Source of the DNA: an uncultured delta proteobacterium
GTDB lineage: Bacteria; Myxococcota_A; UBA9160; SZUA-336
Assembly (NCBI GenBank): GCA_963704165.1
Contig: CAVPHD010000009.1
Span: forward strand, 96,001 to 160,000
DNA: 64,000 nt
Reading direction: 5' to 3'
The stretch's first letter is position 1. Each line of letters begins with the position of its first letter. Positions 43,314 through 54,025 of the stretch are shown here, one piece after another. Made by a program: the position numbers and the translations under genes. Under the pieces are notes generated by a model that was not told where the DNA came from, searched no databases, and was given only the letters and a program-made list of their open reading frames with translations.

Positions 43314-44526
43314 ATTCCCCTCCGATCATGTTGATCATGTCGAAGGTCGGAACGATGTCGGCGAGCATTCCACCGACCAGCATGTCCCGCATCGGAGCGA
43401 CGTTCGCGAAGCTCGGTGGCCGACACCTCACCTTGTAGGGCTTGCCCGTTCCGTCGGAGACGACGTAGAAACCGAGCTCGCCGTTCGGCGACTCGACGGC
43501 CGCGTAGGCCTCGCCCGCCGGAACCTGGATGCCCTCGGTCACGCCCTTGAACTGCTGGATCAGCTCCTCCATGCGACCGAAGACGCGATCCTTTGCGGGC
43601 CATCGGACGCGCGGGTCCGCCACGTTCACCGGCTCACCAGCGGTCTTCTCCAGCACCGGCACGCATTGCCGGATGATGCGAATGCTCTGGACCAGTTCCT
43701 CCTGACAGACGAGAAAGCGATCGTAGTTGTCGCCAGTCGTCCCGACCGGGATGTCGAAGTCGATCTCTTCGTAGGCGAGATACGGCTCGGCCTTGCGCAG
43801 GTCGAGAGGAACGCCGGCCGCGCGAAGCAGAGGCCCCGTCACCCCATACGCGATCAGCTTCTCGAGCGGGAGCATGCCGGTATTCCTGAATCGATCGACG
43901 AAGATCCGATTCGAAGTCACGACCTTGTCGAAGTCGAGAAGCAGTTCCTCGATCCGGACGAGTGAGCTCGCGAGCCGCTCGAGGAACTTCGGCGTGACCT
44001 CGCGCTGCACGCCGCCGATTCGCACGTAGTTGGACGTCACACGTGCGCCGCAGAGCATCTCCTGCAGATCCCAACAGTGCTCGCGCGCCTCGATCCCATA
44101 CAGGAATGGCGTCATCGCGCCGAGCTCGAGACAGGCGGCGCCGAGTCGGGTCAGGTGGTCGCCGATGCGAGAGAGCTCGCTCGCGAGCGTTCGAACCCAC
44201 TGGCCGCGGCGCGGGATCTCGCAACCGAGCAGCTTCTCGACCGACATGCAGAACGCCAGGTTCGCGAGAATCGCCGAGTTGTAGTTCAACCGATCGGTGT
44301 AGGGGATGGCCTGATACCAGGTCCCGCTCTCGCACTCCTTCTCGAACCCGCGGTGCAAGTAGCCGACCTGCACGTCCATCTCGACGATCTGCTCACCGTC
44401 GATCTCGAGCATGATCTTGACCGTGCCGTGGGTCGCCGGGTGCGACGGCCCCATCGAGATCAGTTGGGTCTCGGTGTGAAGGTCACCCTTCGGGCGTGCG
44501 GACGGGGATGCGACGGGCGAAGCCAA
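43303..44526 (-). CDS. nuoD: NADH-quinone oxidoreductase subunit D
   Basis: MGPSHPATHG, GYLHRGFEK, DRLNY, ESPNGELG, C-terminal GECDR; no NiFe CxxC motifs. Confidence 0.95.
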   Translation of the reverse strand: MASPVASPSARPKGDLHTETQLISMGPSHPATHGTVKIMLEIDGEQIVEMDVQVGYLHRGFEKECESGTWYQAIPYTDRLNYNSAILANLAFCMSVEKLLGCEIPRRGQWVRTLASELSRIGDHLTRLGAACLELGAMTPFLYGIEAREHCWDLQEMLCGARVTSNYVRIGGVQREVTPKFLERLASSLVRIEELLLDFDKVVTSNRIFVDRFRNTGMLPLEKLIAYGVTGPLLRAAGVPLDLRKAEPYLAYEEIDFDIPVGTTGDNYDRFLVCQEELVQSIRIIRQCVPVLEKTAGEPVNVADPRVRWPAKDRVFGRMEELIQQFKGVTEGIQVPAGEAYAAVESPNGELGFYVVSDGTGKPYKVRCRPPSFANVAPMRDMLVGGMLADIVPTFDMINMIGGECDR

Positions 44527-44536
44527 CTCGAATCTC

Positions 44537-45052
44537 CTAGTTCCGCGGTCCGATGAGCGGCTGGCGCCGTTCCTTCGGGTAGTCCTTGCGCAACGGATGG
44601 CCCTTGAACTCGTCGTAGAGCAGGATCCGACGCAGGTCGGGATGTCCGCGGAAGCTGATCCCGTACAGGTCGAAGACCTCGCGCTCCAGCCAGTTCGCCG
44701 CCTCCCAGAGCGAGCAGAGGGAGTCCGCCTCGCACGGTGCCTCCGGCACCCCCACTTTCACGCGAAGGCGATGGTGGATCACGGACGTCCGGTCCTCGCG
44801 CGGCGATGCGTCGATCGAGGCAAGGTGGTAGACGATCTCGAAGCGCGGCTCGCGGCCGAGGTAATCGACCGCGGTCAGGTCGATCAGGAAGTTGAACGCG
44901 AGCTCCGGGTCGAGCTTGAGTCGCTCGAGGCACTCGCGTGCTCGCGCGAGCGGCACGAGCACGGTCGCGTCGCCGCGATGACAATGGGAGTCGAGCACGT
45001 CGCCGCCGAGCAGCCGCTTCACACGATCGATCAGACTCTCGGGGGACGTCAT
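44537..45052 (-). CDS. nuoC: NADH-quinone oxidoreductase subunit C
   Basis: [48 protein letters not shown]. Confidence 0.95.
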   Translation of the reverse strand: MTSPESLIDRVKRLLGGDVLDSHCHRGDATVLVPLARARECLERLKLDPELAFNFLIDLTAVDYLGREPRFEIVYHLASIDASPREDRTSVIHHRLRVKVGVPEAPCEADSLCSLWEAANWLEREVFDLYGISFRGHPDLRRILLYDEFKGHPLRKDYPKERRQPLIGPRN

Positions 45053-45597
45053 GCCGGGCGAGCGTAGTCGCGGCGAATCAGGTCGAGCCGACGCTTCACC
45101 TGCTCCTCCGTCCGCAACAGATCCTTCATGTGGAAAAGCATCGGCTCGCGCTCGGTCGTCGCGAGTTCGACGACGCGACTCATCACGATCGCCTCCTCCG
45201 GGCAGGCCTCTTCGCAGAGCCCGCAGAACATGCAGCGCGACATGTCGATGTCGAAGACCGCGGGAATGCGCTCGATCCGGTCCGTCGTCTCGGTGGGCAG
45301 AATCGTGATGCAGTCGGTCGGGCAGGCGAACTCGCACAGACCACACGCGACACACTTCGGTTTTCCACTCTCGAGCTGCACGAGCACCGGATGACCGCGA
45401 AACGCGTCGGCGTAGTCGAGCCGCTCTTCGGGGTACTGCACGACGAAGGTGGAGGGCTTGCCGATGATGTAGCCCCACAAGTTCCGGAAGAACGCGCGCG
45501 CGGTGACCGAGAGCCCGACGAAGATCGTCGGCAGGTACAGGCGCTCGGCCCAACCGAGGCGCTCATTGCGCCGCACCTTCACCACCCGTCCCGGCAC
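45049..45597 (-). CDS. nuoI: NADH-quinone oxidoreductase subunit I
   Basis: [20 protein letters not shown] and [12 protein letters not shown]. Confidence 0.93.
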   Translation of the reverse strand: MPGRVVKVRRNERLGWAERLYLPTIFVGLSVTARAFFRNLWGYIIGKPSTFVVQYPEERLDYADAFRGHPVLVQLESGKPKCVACGLCEFACPTDCITILPTETTDRIERIPAVFDIDMSRCMFCGLCEEACPEEAIVMSRVVELATTEREPMLFHMKDLLRTEEQVKRRLDLIRRDYARPA

Positions 45598-45634
45598 TTC
45601 GACCCCCGCGCCTCGAATCCCCAAGCGCGGCGCG

Positions 45635-45662
45635 ATTATAGAATAGGGCGACTCGGATTCAA
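45635..45662 (-). promoter_or_regulatory. Putative sigma70 promoter for nuoI-C-D
   Basis: TTGAAT-N16-TATAAT on the minus strand, overlapping the lipA stop codon. Confidence 0.65.
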
Positions 45663-46561
45663 CCGAGCGCGGCGGCGGCGAGCGCCTCGGCACGGTAGGA
45701 ACTGCGGACGAGCGGACCCGAGAAGACCTCCGTGAAACCGAGCCGTCGCGCCTCGTTCGCCCAGGCCTCGAACTCGTCGGGCGTGACCCAGCGGGCGACG
45801 GGCAGGTGCTCCGCGCTCGGCGGCAGGTACTGGCCCATCGTCAGCAGCCCACAGCCCCGAGCGCGAACGTCAGTGAGCGTGGTCCGGATCTCGGCCTCGG
45901 TCTCACCGAGGCCGAGCATCAGTCCCGTCTTCGTCGGGATGTCGGGGCGCAGACGAGCGGCATTCGCGAGCACCTCCAGCGAGCGCTCGTATCTGCCAGC
46001 CTTGCGGACCGACCGCTGCAGGCGCTCGACCGTCTCGAGGTTGTGATTCAGAACGTCCGGCGATGCCGCAAGGACGATGCCGAGCGCATCGACCGAGCCC
46101 TTCAGGTCCGGGATCAGGACCTCGATCTTGCAGCTCGGCGCGCTCGCGCGGATCGACTCGATCGTGCGCGCGAAGTGCGCGGCACCACCGTCGGCGAGGT
46201 CGTCCCGAGCCACGGCGGTCACGACCGCGAAGCGCAGACCCAGCCGCGCGACGGCCTCCGCCACGCGGTCGGGCTCGTCCTCGTCGAGCGCGTCCGGGCG
46301 CCCCGTCTTGACGTCGCAGAACCCGCAGGCGCGCGTGCACAGGTTCCCGCCGATCATGAAGGTCGCCGTTCCGTGGGACCAGCACTCCCCCAGGTTCGGA
46401 CAGGCCGCAGATTGACAGACCGTGTGGAGCCGTTCCTCCCGCACGAGCACGCGCAAGCGCTCGAGCTCGGGGGTCTGGCGGTAGCGAACGCGAAGCCAGG
46501 CGGGTCGCCCCGGCCGCGACTCCGGCTCGCTCGGGCCGTCGATCTGCAGCAACTCGCTCAT
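45659..46561 (-). CDS. lipA: Lipoyl synthase
   Basis: CQSAACPNLGEC (CX4CX5C), CTRACGFC (radical SAM), VRSSY. Confidence 0.97.
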   Translation of the reverse strand: MSELLQIDGPSEPESRPGRPAWLRVRYRQTPELERLRVLVREERLHTVCQSAACPNLGECWSHGTATFMIGGNLCTRACGFCDVKTGRPDALDEDEPDRVAEAVARLGLRFAVVTAVARDDLADGGAAHFARTIESIRASAPSCKIEVLIPDLKGSVDALGIVLAASPDVLNHNLETVERLQRSVRKAGRYERSLEVLANAARLRPDIPTKTGLMLGLGETEAEIRTTLTDVRARGCGLLTMGQYLPPSAEHLPVARWVTPDEFEAWANEARRLGFTEVFSGPLVRSSYRAEALAAAALG

Positions 46562-47216
46562 GCGAATGCCTTGCGCAACGCGCCTTCGACGCGGGCGACC
46601 ACGGCCTCGAAGTCGAGCTCCCGTCCGAGAACACTCGCCATGCTGACCATCCGCACGCCGGCCAGGCCGCACGGCACGATCACGTCGAAGCGCGCGAGAT
46701 CGCAGTTCACGTTCAAGGCGAACCCGTGCAGCGTCCGCCAGCTGCGCAAGCCGACGCCGATCGATGCGATCTTACGTCGCGGATCCAGCCAGACTCCTGC
46801 GTACCCGTCGCGCCGACACGCGTCGATGCCGAAGTCGTCGAGCGACTTCGATCAACGCGGCCTCGAGCCTGCGCAGGTACGCGTGGACGTCGGCAGCCGT
46901 GGCGCTGCAGATCGAGAAGCGGGTAGCCGACGAGTTGTCCCGGGCCGTGCCAGGTGACGTCGCCTCCGCGATTCACCCGGAAGCACGTCGTAGCCGAGCC
47001 GTCGCAGATCCGCGTCGTCCGCGAGCGCACGATCGCGTCCTTCGCGCCGCGGCCGTAGGTGATCACGTCCGGGTGCTCGAGCAGGAGGATCGTCTCCGCG
47101 CCTTCGCCACGTGCGAGCCGGGCACGAAGGTCCTCCTGCAGCGCCAGCGCCTCCGCGTAGCGAACGCAGCCGAGCCGCCGGACGTCGAGCCCTTCAGGTA
47201 CCGAAGCCGTGTCCAT
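46558..47216 (-). CDS. lipB: Octanoyltransferase LipB (four apparent single-base indels)
   Basis: LLLEHPDVITYG, RGGDVTWHGPGQLVGYP, RKIASIGV, HGFALNV, IVPCG spread across frames. Confidence 0.92.
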
Positions 47217-48657
47217 CCTGAACCAACTCGCGTGGGGTCTCGAGCAAGCGTTTGATCTCGGCGAGGAACAGCGCCGCACGCACGCCATCGAGCACGCGAT
47301 GATCGACGGAGAGACCGAGCGTCGTCAGCGAGCCGATCTCGATCCTCCCCTCGCGCACGACCGGCCGCTCGGCGATCGCCGACACCGCCAGGATCGAACT
47401 CTGTGGCGGCGTGATGATCGCGTAGAACCGATCGACTCCGAACATGCCGAGATTCGAGATCGTGAACGTCCCGTCGGCGTAGTCCGCAGGCTGGAGCTTG
47501 CGCATGCGCGCACGCTGGATCAGCGAGTTCGCCTCCTCGGCGAGCTGCCAGACCGACTTTCCCTGACAGTCCTTGACCGTCGGCGCGACCAACTCGTCCT
47601 GCACGTCGACGGCGAGACCGATGTTGATCGCCTCGTACAGCGCGATGTCGTTCTCTTCGGTGCGGAAGGTCGCGTTCACCATCGGGAAGCGTTCGAGCGC
47701 GAGCGCGCACGCCTTGATCATCAGGTGCGTGTAGGTGAGTCGCGCGCGCTTGTCGCCGGCCTCGCGATTCGCCTGGTCACGCTCCTCGCGCAGCGCGTCG
47801 GTCGAGACGTCGACCTGCACGTAGAAATGCGGCGCTTCGGCCTTGCTGCGGACCATGTTCCGGATCAGCGCCTTGCGCTTCTGCGAGAGTTGCAACGCGC
47901 CGCGGAAGAGCTCCGACTCGCGTTCCTTTCCGATCGTCTTCTCGCGCTTCCAGTGTTCGAGCAGGTCGGACTTCGTGATCCGCCCGCCCGGGCCACTGCC
48001 CTTCACCGCGTCGAGGTCCGTGCCGACATCGCTGGCCATGCGCAACGCCAGCGGCGTGGCGCGGGTACCGTCGGCCTCGGGCTCCTGCGCAGCGAGCTCG
48101 CTGAGATACGATTCGAGATCCGCGACGAGGATCGCGCCCCCCGGACCCGTGCCCGTGAGCTCGGTCAGATCGATCGACTTCTCCTCGGCCATGCGCCGCG
48201 CACGCGGGGTCGCTCGCAGCCGACCGTCGTCCTCGACGAGCGGCGGCTGAACGCGGTCGCCCGAAACCATCGCAGGTGAAGCCGCGAGGGCCTTCGCCGC
48301 GGCCGGCGCGGGGCTCTTCGCCTCTGGCGCACGCGTCGGAACCGCCGGGGTGCTCGGGGCCGGAGGCGCGGTCTGCGACTGCGGCGCCGACGCTGCCGCC
48401 ACGTCATCCTCGCTCTCGCCCGGCAGACGGATGACTGCGATCAGAGTGCCGACCGGCACGGTTTCACCCGCCTCGACGACGATCTGCGCCAGCACGCCCT
48501 CGGTGTACGCCTCGAATTCCATGTCGGCCTTGTCGGTCTCGATCTCGGCGATCACTTCGCCGCGTTTCACGCCGTCGCCGACCCGCTTCCGCCAGGCGAT
48601 CAACCGCCCCTCTTCCATCGTGTCGGAGAGTTTGGGCATGCGGATTTGCTTGGGCAT
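47194..48657 (-). CDS. Dihydrolipoamide acyltransferase E2 (one lipoyl domain, two subunit-binding domains)
   Basis: MPKLSDTMEEG, IETDKA, two RATP...G[TS]GPGG repeats, TFTISNLGMFG, DHRVLDG. Confidence 0.93.
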   Translation of the reverse strand: MPKQIRMPKLSDTMEEGRLIAWRKRVGDGVKRGEVIAEIETDKADMEFEAYTEGVLAQIVVEAGETVPVGTLIAVIRLPGESEDDVAAASAPQSQTAPPAPSTPAVPTRAPEAKSPAPAAAKALAASPAMVSGDRVQPPLVEDDGRLRATPRARRMAEEKSIDLTELTGTGPGGAILVADLESYLSELAAQEPEADGTRATPLALRMASDVGTDLDAVKGSGPGGRITKSDLLEHWKREKTIGKERESELFRGALQLSQKRKALIRNMVRSKAEAPHFYVQVDVSTDALREERDQANREAGDKRARLTYTHLMIKACALALERFPMVNATFRTEENDIALYEAINIGLAVDVQDELVAPTVKDCQGKSVWQLAEEANSLIQRARMRKLQPADYADGTFTISNLGMFGVDRFYAIITPPQSSILAVSAIAERPVVREGRIEIGSLTTLGLSVDHRVLDGVRAALFLAEIKRLLETPRELVQDGHGFGT

Positions 48658-48679
48658 CGGAGTTCTCCCGGGCGTTCGG

Positions 48680-49654
48680 CTAGAGCGTGATCTTGAGCAC
48701 GGCGTCGACGATTCGCTGCGCATCGGGAATCGCGAGCTTCTCGAGGTTTGCGGCGTACGGCGTCGGGACGTCGGCGGCGGCCACCCGCTGCACCGGCGCT
48801 TCGAGCTCGTAGAACAGCGCCTCGTGGATCTGGGACGCGATCTCGGCGCCGACGCCGACGGTGCGCCAGCCCTCTTCGGCCACCACGGCACGGCGCGTGC
48901 GAAGGACCGAACGCAGAATCGTGTCGCGATCGAGCGGATCGAGCGTGCGCATGTCGATCACTTCCGCCTCGATGCCCTCGTGCGCGAGCAGGTCCGCGGC
49001 GCGAAGCGCCTCGTGCACCATCTTGGACCAGGCCACGATCGTGACGTCGCGCCCGGGCCGCTTGATGTCGGCGACGCCGAACGGGAGCAGGTACTCGCCC
49101 TCGGGCACCTCCCCCTTCGAGTTGTAGAGCGTCTCGTGTTCGATGAAGAGGACCGGGTCGTCGCAGCGGATGGCGGTCTTGAGAAGTCCCTTCAGGTCGT
49201 ACGGCGTCGATGGCAGCACCACTCGGATGCCGGGCGAGTTCACGAACCACGACTCGATCGAGTGCGAGTGCTGCGCACCCTTCTGCGTTCCACCACCCGC
49301 CGCGGCGCGGATCACCATCGGCAGATTCACCTGCCCGCCGAACATGTACCGCGCCTTCGAGACGTGGTTGATGATCTGGTCCATCGCGACGATGCCGAAG
49401 TTCAGCGTCATCAACTCGGCGACCGGGCGCATTCCGGTCATCGCGGCGCCCATCGCGACGCCGATGATTCCCGCTTCCGCGATCGGCGTATCCCGAACTC
49501 GGCGCGCGCCGAACTCCGCCATCAGTCCCTCGGTCGCGCGGAACGTGCCGCCGACGAGGCCGACGTCCTCGCCGAGCAGGAACACGCGCGGGTCGCGCGT
49601 CATCTCCTCGGCAAGCGCCTGCGAAACGGCTTCGTAGTAGCGGATCTCAGGCAC
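48680..49654 (-). CDS. pdhB: Pyruvate dehydrogenase E1 beta subunit
   Basis: GEDVG, DTPIAEAG, GAQHS, EVIDMRTLDPLD, PTPYAANLE. Confidence 0.92.
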   Translation of the reverse strand: MPEIRYYEAVSQALAEEMTRDPRVFLLGEDVGLVGGTFRATEGLMAEFGARRVRDTPIAEAGIIGVAMGAAMTGMRPVAELMTLNFGIVAMDQIINHVSKARYMFGGQVNLPMVIRAAAGGGTQKGAQHSHSIESWFVNSPGIRVVLPSTPYDLKGLLKTAIRCDDPVLFIEHETLYNSKGEVPEGEYLLPFGVADIKRPGRDVTIVAWSKMVHEALRAADLLAHEGIEAEVIDMRTLDPLDRDTILRSVLRTRRAVVAEEGWRTVGVGAEIASQIHEALFYELEAPVQRVAAADVPTPYAANLEKLAIPDAQRIVDAVLKITL

Positions 49655-50621
49655 CGGCTTCCTCCACGTACAGATCCTGGTACAGCGCCTCTGGCGCCGG
49701 CCGCGGGCTCGCCTCCGCGAAGCTCATCGCGTCGGTCACCACCTCGTTCGCCTCGGCCTGGAACGCTTCGAGCCGCGCGGCGTCGACGATCCCGGCCTCG
49801 AGCATCGACTTCGCCAGCCGCGGGATCGGGTCGCGCTTCTTCCAGAGCTCCGCCTCGGCCACGCTTCGGTACTTGCCGGCATCGGTCATCGAGTGACCCT
49901 GGTAGCGATAGCAGCGCGCCTCGAGCAGGACCGGCCCCCCACCCTGTCGCGCGTAGCGGACGAGCTCCTCGCATTTTTCGCGCACCGCGAGCACGTCCAT
50001 GCCGTTCACGACGTGTCCGGGGATGCCGTAACCCTGCGCCTTCTTGTGGATCTCGTTGAAGGCCGACGAGGTGCGCACGTCCGTGCCGATCCCGTAGAAG
50101 TTGTTCTCGCAGACGAAGACCACGGGTAGATTCCAGAGCTTCGCCATGTTCAGCGCCTCGTGGAAGACGCCCTGGTTCGAAGCGCCATCTCCGAAGAAGT
50201 TCATCACGACGGCATCGCGATTCTGCATCTGCATCGACAGCGCGGCGCCGACGCCGATCGGCAGGTTCCCGCCGACGATTCCGTAGCCGCCGAGGAAGTA
50301 CCGCTGCGCGTCGAAGAAGTGCATCGACCCGCCCTTCCCCTTGCAAATCCCCGTCGCGCGACCGTAGAGCTCGGCCATCAGCGAGCGCGCCGAAGATCCG
50401 CGCACCAACGCGTGAGCATGGACCCGGTACGTGCCGATCGCGTAGTCGTCGTGGTTCAACGCGGTGATCGAACCGGTCGCGACGGCCTCCTGGCCGATGT
50501 ACAGATGCGTGAAGCCGCCGATGAACCCGTCGGCGTAGGCCTCGGCCACGCCTTCCTCGAAGCGGCGGATCAGCACCATGTTGCGGTACATGGTGATCTG
50601 GTCGGCGGTGGCGATCGTCAT
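49647..50621 (-). CDS. pdhA: Pyruvate dehydrogenase E1 alpha subunit
   Basis: GFTHLYIGQEA, GKGGSMH, TPP motif GDGA...CENN, YRYQGHSMTD. Confidence 0.92.
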   Translation of the reverse strand: MTIATADQITMYRNMVLIRRFEEGVAEAYADGFIGGFTHLYIGQEAVATGSITALNHDDYAIGTYRVHAHALVRGSSARSLMAELYGRATGICKGKGGSMHFFDAQRYFLGGYGIVGGNLPIGVGAALSMQMQNRDAVVMNFFGDGASNQGVFHEALNMAKLWNLPVVFVCENNFYGIGTDVRTSSAFNEIHKKAQGYGIPGHVVNGMDVLAVREKCEELVRYARQGGGPVLLEARCYRYQGHSMTDAGKYRSVAEAELWKKRDPIPRLAKSMLEAGIVDAARLEAFQAEANEVVTDAMSFAEASPRPAPEALYQDLYVEEAGA

Positions 50622-50630
50622 GCGCGACTC

Positions 50631-51902
50631 CTAGACGTCGAACTCGGCAGCTTCGAGGTACTTGCCCACGCGGTGAAGGAATCCATTCCCCGTCGTGCCG
50701 TCGATGATCCGATGGTCGTACGACAGAGCCAGGTACATCATCGGGTGTATGGCGATCGTGTCCTCGCCGCCAACGTCGATCACGATCGGGCGCTTCTTGA
50801 TCTCGCCCATGCGCAGGATCCCGACCTGCGGCTGGTTGATCACGGCAAATCCGTACAGGTTCCCCTCGCGGCCCGGATTCGTGAGCGTGAACGTGCCGCC
50901 CGCAAGGTCGTCCGGCTTGATCTCGCGATCCCGCGCACGCTTCGCGAGGTCGTTGATCGACTCGGCCAGGCCGATCAGCGAGAGCCGATCGGCGTCTCTG
51001 ATCACCGGCACGAGCAGACCGCGCTCGGTCTCGACCGCGATCCCGATGTGGATTCCCGCGCGCTCGACGATCGCGTCCCCCACGACGGCGGAATTCATGC
51101 GCGGGAAGTCCCGGAGCGCGCGCACCGTCGCGGCCACGGCGAACGGCAGGTAGGTCAGACCGAACCCGTGCGCGCGCTCGAAGTCCTTCTTGGTCCGATC
51201 GCGCAGCTTCGCGAGCTTGGCGAGGTCGATCTCCGCCACCGTGCCGACGTGGGGCGAGACGACCTTGGAGACGATCATGTGCTCGGCGATCCGCCTGCGA
51301 ATCGCCGTGAACGGAATCACCTTGTCCTCGGGAGCCACGCGGTGCGTCGGCACGCGGAGCTTGTCGAGGAATTCGCCGAGCGTGGCAGGTGACGGCCGGG
51401 CCGCCGCGCCGGACGTCGGGCCGGACGGCGCGTGCGCGGCCACATCGGCTTTCGTGACGCGCCCGCTGACTCCGCTACCCGAGATCGCGCCGACGTCGAT
51501 GCCGCGCTCGTCGGCCATGCGGCGGGCGAGCGGTGATGCGCGCACCGGTTCCGGCCCGGCCTCTGTGGGAGCTTGGGCCTTCGGCGCCGACGGTTCCGCC
51601 GGTTCCGCCTCGGTTGCCGCCACCGGAGTCTCGGCGACCGGAGCATCGACGCGCGCGGCCGCGCCCGCCGGCTCGAGCGTCAGGAGCTCGGTCCCGACCG
51701 CGACCGTCGTCCCCTGCGCGACGAGCAGCTTCGAAACGACTCCGGCCTCCGGCGCGACCACCTCGGCATCGACCTTCTCGGTCGTGATCTCGCAGAGCAC
51801 CTGATCCTTGGCGACGCGCTCGCCCTCTTTCACGAGCCAGCGCTCGACGGTTCCCTCGACCACGCTCTCGCCCATCTGGGGCATCGTGACGGTCATGGCC
51901 AT
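50631..51902 (-). CDS. Second dihydrolipoamide acyltransferase E2 (SucB/branched-chain-like)
   Basis: MPQMGESVVEGT, ITTEKV, ASPLARR...GSGVSGRVTK, GGTFTLTNPG, SYDHRIIDG. Confidence 0.92.
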   Translation of the reverse strand: MAMTVTMPQMGESVVEGTVERWLVKEGERVAKDQVLCEITTEKVDAEVVAPEAGVVSKLLVAQGTTVAVGTELLTLEPAGAAARVDAPVAETPVAATEAEPAEPSAPKAQAPTEAGPEPVRASPLARRMADERGIDVGAISGSGVSGRVTKADVAAHAPSGPTSGAAARPSPATLGEFLDKLRVPTHRVAPEDKVIPFTAIRRRIAEHMIVSKVVSPHVGTVAEIDLAKLAKLRDRTKKDFERAHGFGLTYLPFAVAATVRALRDFPRMNSAVVGDAIVERAGIHIGIAVETERGLLVPVIRDADRLSLIGLAESINDLAKRARDREIKPDDLAGGTFTLTNPGREGNLYGFAVINQPQVGILRMGEIKKRPIVIDVGGEDTIAIHPMMYLALSYDHRIIDGTTGNGFLHRVGKYLEAAEFDV

Positions 51903-51927
51903 CCTGGTTGCGCCTCCTGACCGCGGC

Positions 51928-53316
51928 TCAGAAGTTGAGCGCGCGATCCTCTGCGGCGAGCGCCGCCTCCATCAACATCTCCGAGAGCGTCGGGTGCGCG
52001 TGACTCGTCTCGCCGACCTCGCGCACCGTCGATTCGAGCGTCATCGCGAGCGATACCTCGTTGATCAACTCGGTGGCGCCGTGACCGATGATCTGACAGC
52101 CGAGGATCTCGCCGTACTTCGAATCCGATACCAGCTTCACGAATCCCTCCGTGTGGCCGGTTCCAACGGCTTTGCCCGATGCGACGAACGGCGCCTTTCC
52201 CACCTTGACGTCGTGACCGGCCGCGCGCGCCTCCGCCTCGGAGAGGCCGATGCTCGCGACCTGTGGCTGCGTGTAGATGCACGCCGGGACCTTTCGCAGG
52301 TCGATGCCGTGCTTGCGCTGTCCGGCGATGATCTCGACCGCGGCGACACCTTCGTGTGACGCCTTGTGGGCGAGCAGGGGCGGACCGCTGCAATCGCCGA
52401 TCGCGTACACGCCCTCGACGTTGGTCCGGTAGTCCGCGCCGACCTTCACGAATCCGCGCTCGACCGCGACCCCACGGGCCTCGAGGCCGAGATCGTCGAC
52501 GAGCGCGCGGCGACCGACGGCGACCAGAACCTGATCGGCGCGCAGCGCTTCGTCGCCCTTCTCTCCGGAGACCGTGACGGCGACGCCCTTGGCATTCGTC
52601 TCGAGGCCCTTGTACGCCGTGTTCGTCAGGATCTCCACTCCGGCGCGAGAGAGCGACGTCGCGAGCGCCTTCGCCACATCGGCGTCGAATCCGGGCAAGA
52701 GCTGGTCCTTCATCTCGACCACGGTGACCTTCGTACCGTAGGCGTTGTACGCGTAGGCGAACTCGAGCCCCACCGCGCCGCCACCGATCACGACGAGCGA
52801 CTCGGGGCGCTCGCGCGACTCGAGCGCCTCACGGCTGGTGAGAACCCGCTTGCCGTCGATCGCGAGGCCCGGAAGGACGAACTCCGTCGAGCCCGTGGCG
52901 AGGATGACGTTGCGGCCTTCGATCGCCTGCTCGGCACCCTCGGCGCTGACGATCACCTCTCGCCCCGACGTGAGCCGTCCGCGGCCCGCGACGACCTCGA
53001 TCTTGTTCTTCTTCATCAAGCTGCGCACGCCGCGCGCGAGCCGATCGGCGACCTTCCGGCTCGCGTCGATCACGGCACCGTAGTCGGCCGAGAGCTTCTC
53101 GACCACGAGCCCGGGCACACCGTTCTTCACGGCGGCGTAGAGCTCGGCCGACGACAGGATCGCCTTGGTCGGGATACAGCCCCAGTTCAGGCAGACGCCG
53201 CCGAGATTCGGCTGCTCCTCGACGACCGCGACCCGCATGCCGAGCTGCGCCGCGCGAATTGCGGCGATGTACCCGCCGGGCCCGGAACCGATTACGACCA
53301 GGTCGAACGCTTTCAT
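51928..53316 (-). CDS. lpdA: Dihydrolipoyl dehydrogenase E3
   Basis: GSGPGGY, GGVCLNWGCIPTK, LLAHKA, HAHPTLSE. Confidence 0.97.
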   Translation of the reverse strand: MKAFDLVVIGSGPGGYIAAIRAAQLGMRVAVVEEQPNLGGVCLNWGCIPTKAILSSAELYAAVKNGVPGLVVEKLSADYGAVIDASRKVADRLARGVRSLMKKNKIEVVAGRGRLTSGREVIVSAEGAEQAIEGRNVILATGSTEFVLPGLAIDGKRVLTSREALESRERPESLVVIGGGAVGLEFAYAYNAYGTKVTVVEMKDQLLPGFDADVAKALATSLSRAGVEILTNTAYKGLETNAKGVAVTVSGEKGDEALRADQVLVAVGRRALVDDLGLEARGVAVERGFVKVGADYRTNVEGVYAIGDCSGPPLLAHKASHEGVAAVEIIAGQRKHGIDLRKVPACIYTQPQVASIGLSEAEARAAGHDVKVGKAPFVASGKAVGTGHTEGFVKLVSDSKYGEILGCQIIGHGATELINEVSLAMTLESTVREVGETSHAHPTLSEMLMEAALAAEDRALNF

Positions 53317-53408
53317 CCTCGCCCCATCTCGAACTGCGCCCTCTCCAGCGCGTCCGTATGCTGGTTCGCCCCGTACGCCGCGGTTTCTTCCCCTCTCTTC
53401 GTGCGAAG

Positions 53409-53430
53409 TTGCCGCCTCCTTGAGCGGCAA
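53409..53430. other. Hairpin between nuoB and lpdA (possible weak terminator or processing site)
   Basis: ttgccgc-N8-gcggcaa inverted repeat, no U-tract. Confidence 0.35.
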
Positions 53431-53449
53431 TCAGGGATCGAATCCGGCG

Positions 53450-53995
<546 letters not shown>

Positions 53996-54025
53996 CGCTC
54001 CCCAATATACCGCCTCCGCTATGCT

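Noticed and set aside
43303..45597. Group 4 [NiFe]-hydrogenase instead of complex I subunits
   Set aside because: The large subunit lacks both CxxC Ni-binding motifs and keeps the quinone-site His and Tyr motifs; NuoB has the tandem CC of complex I
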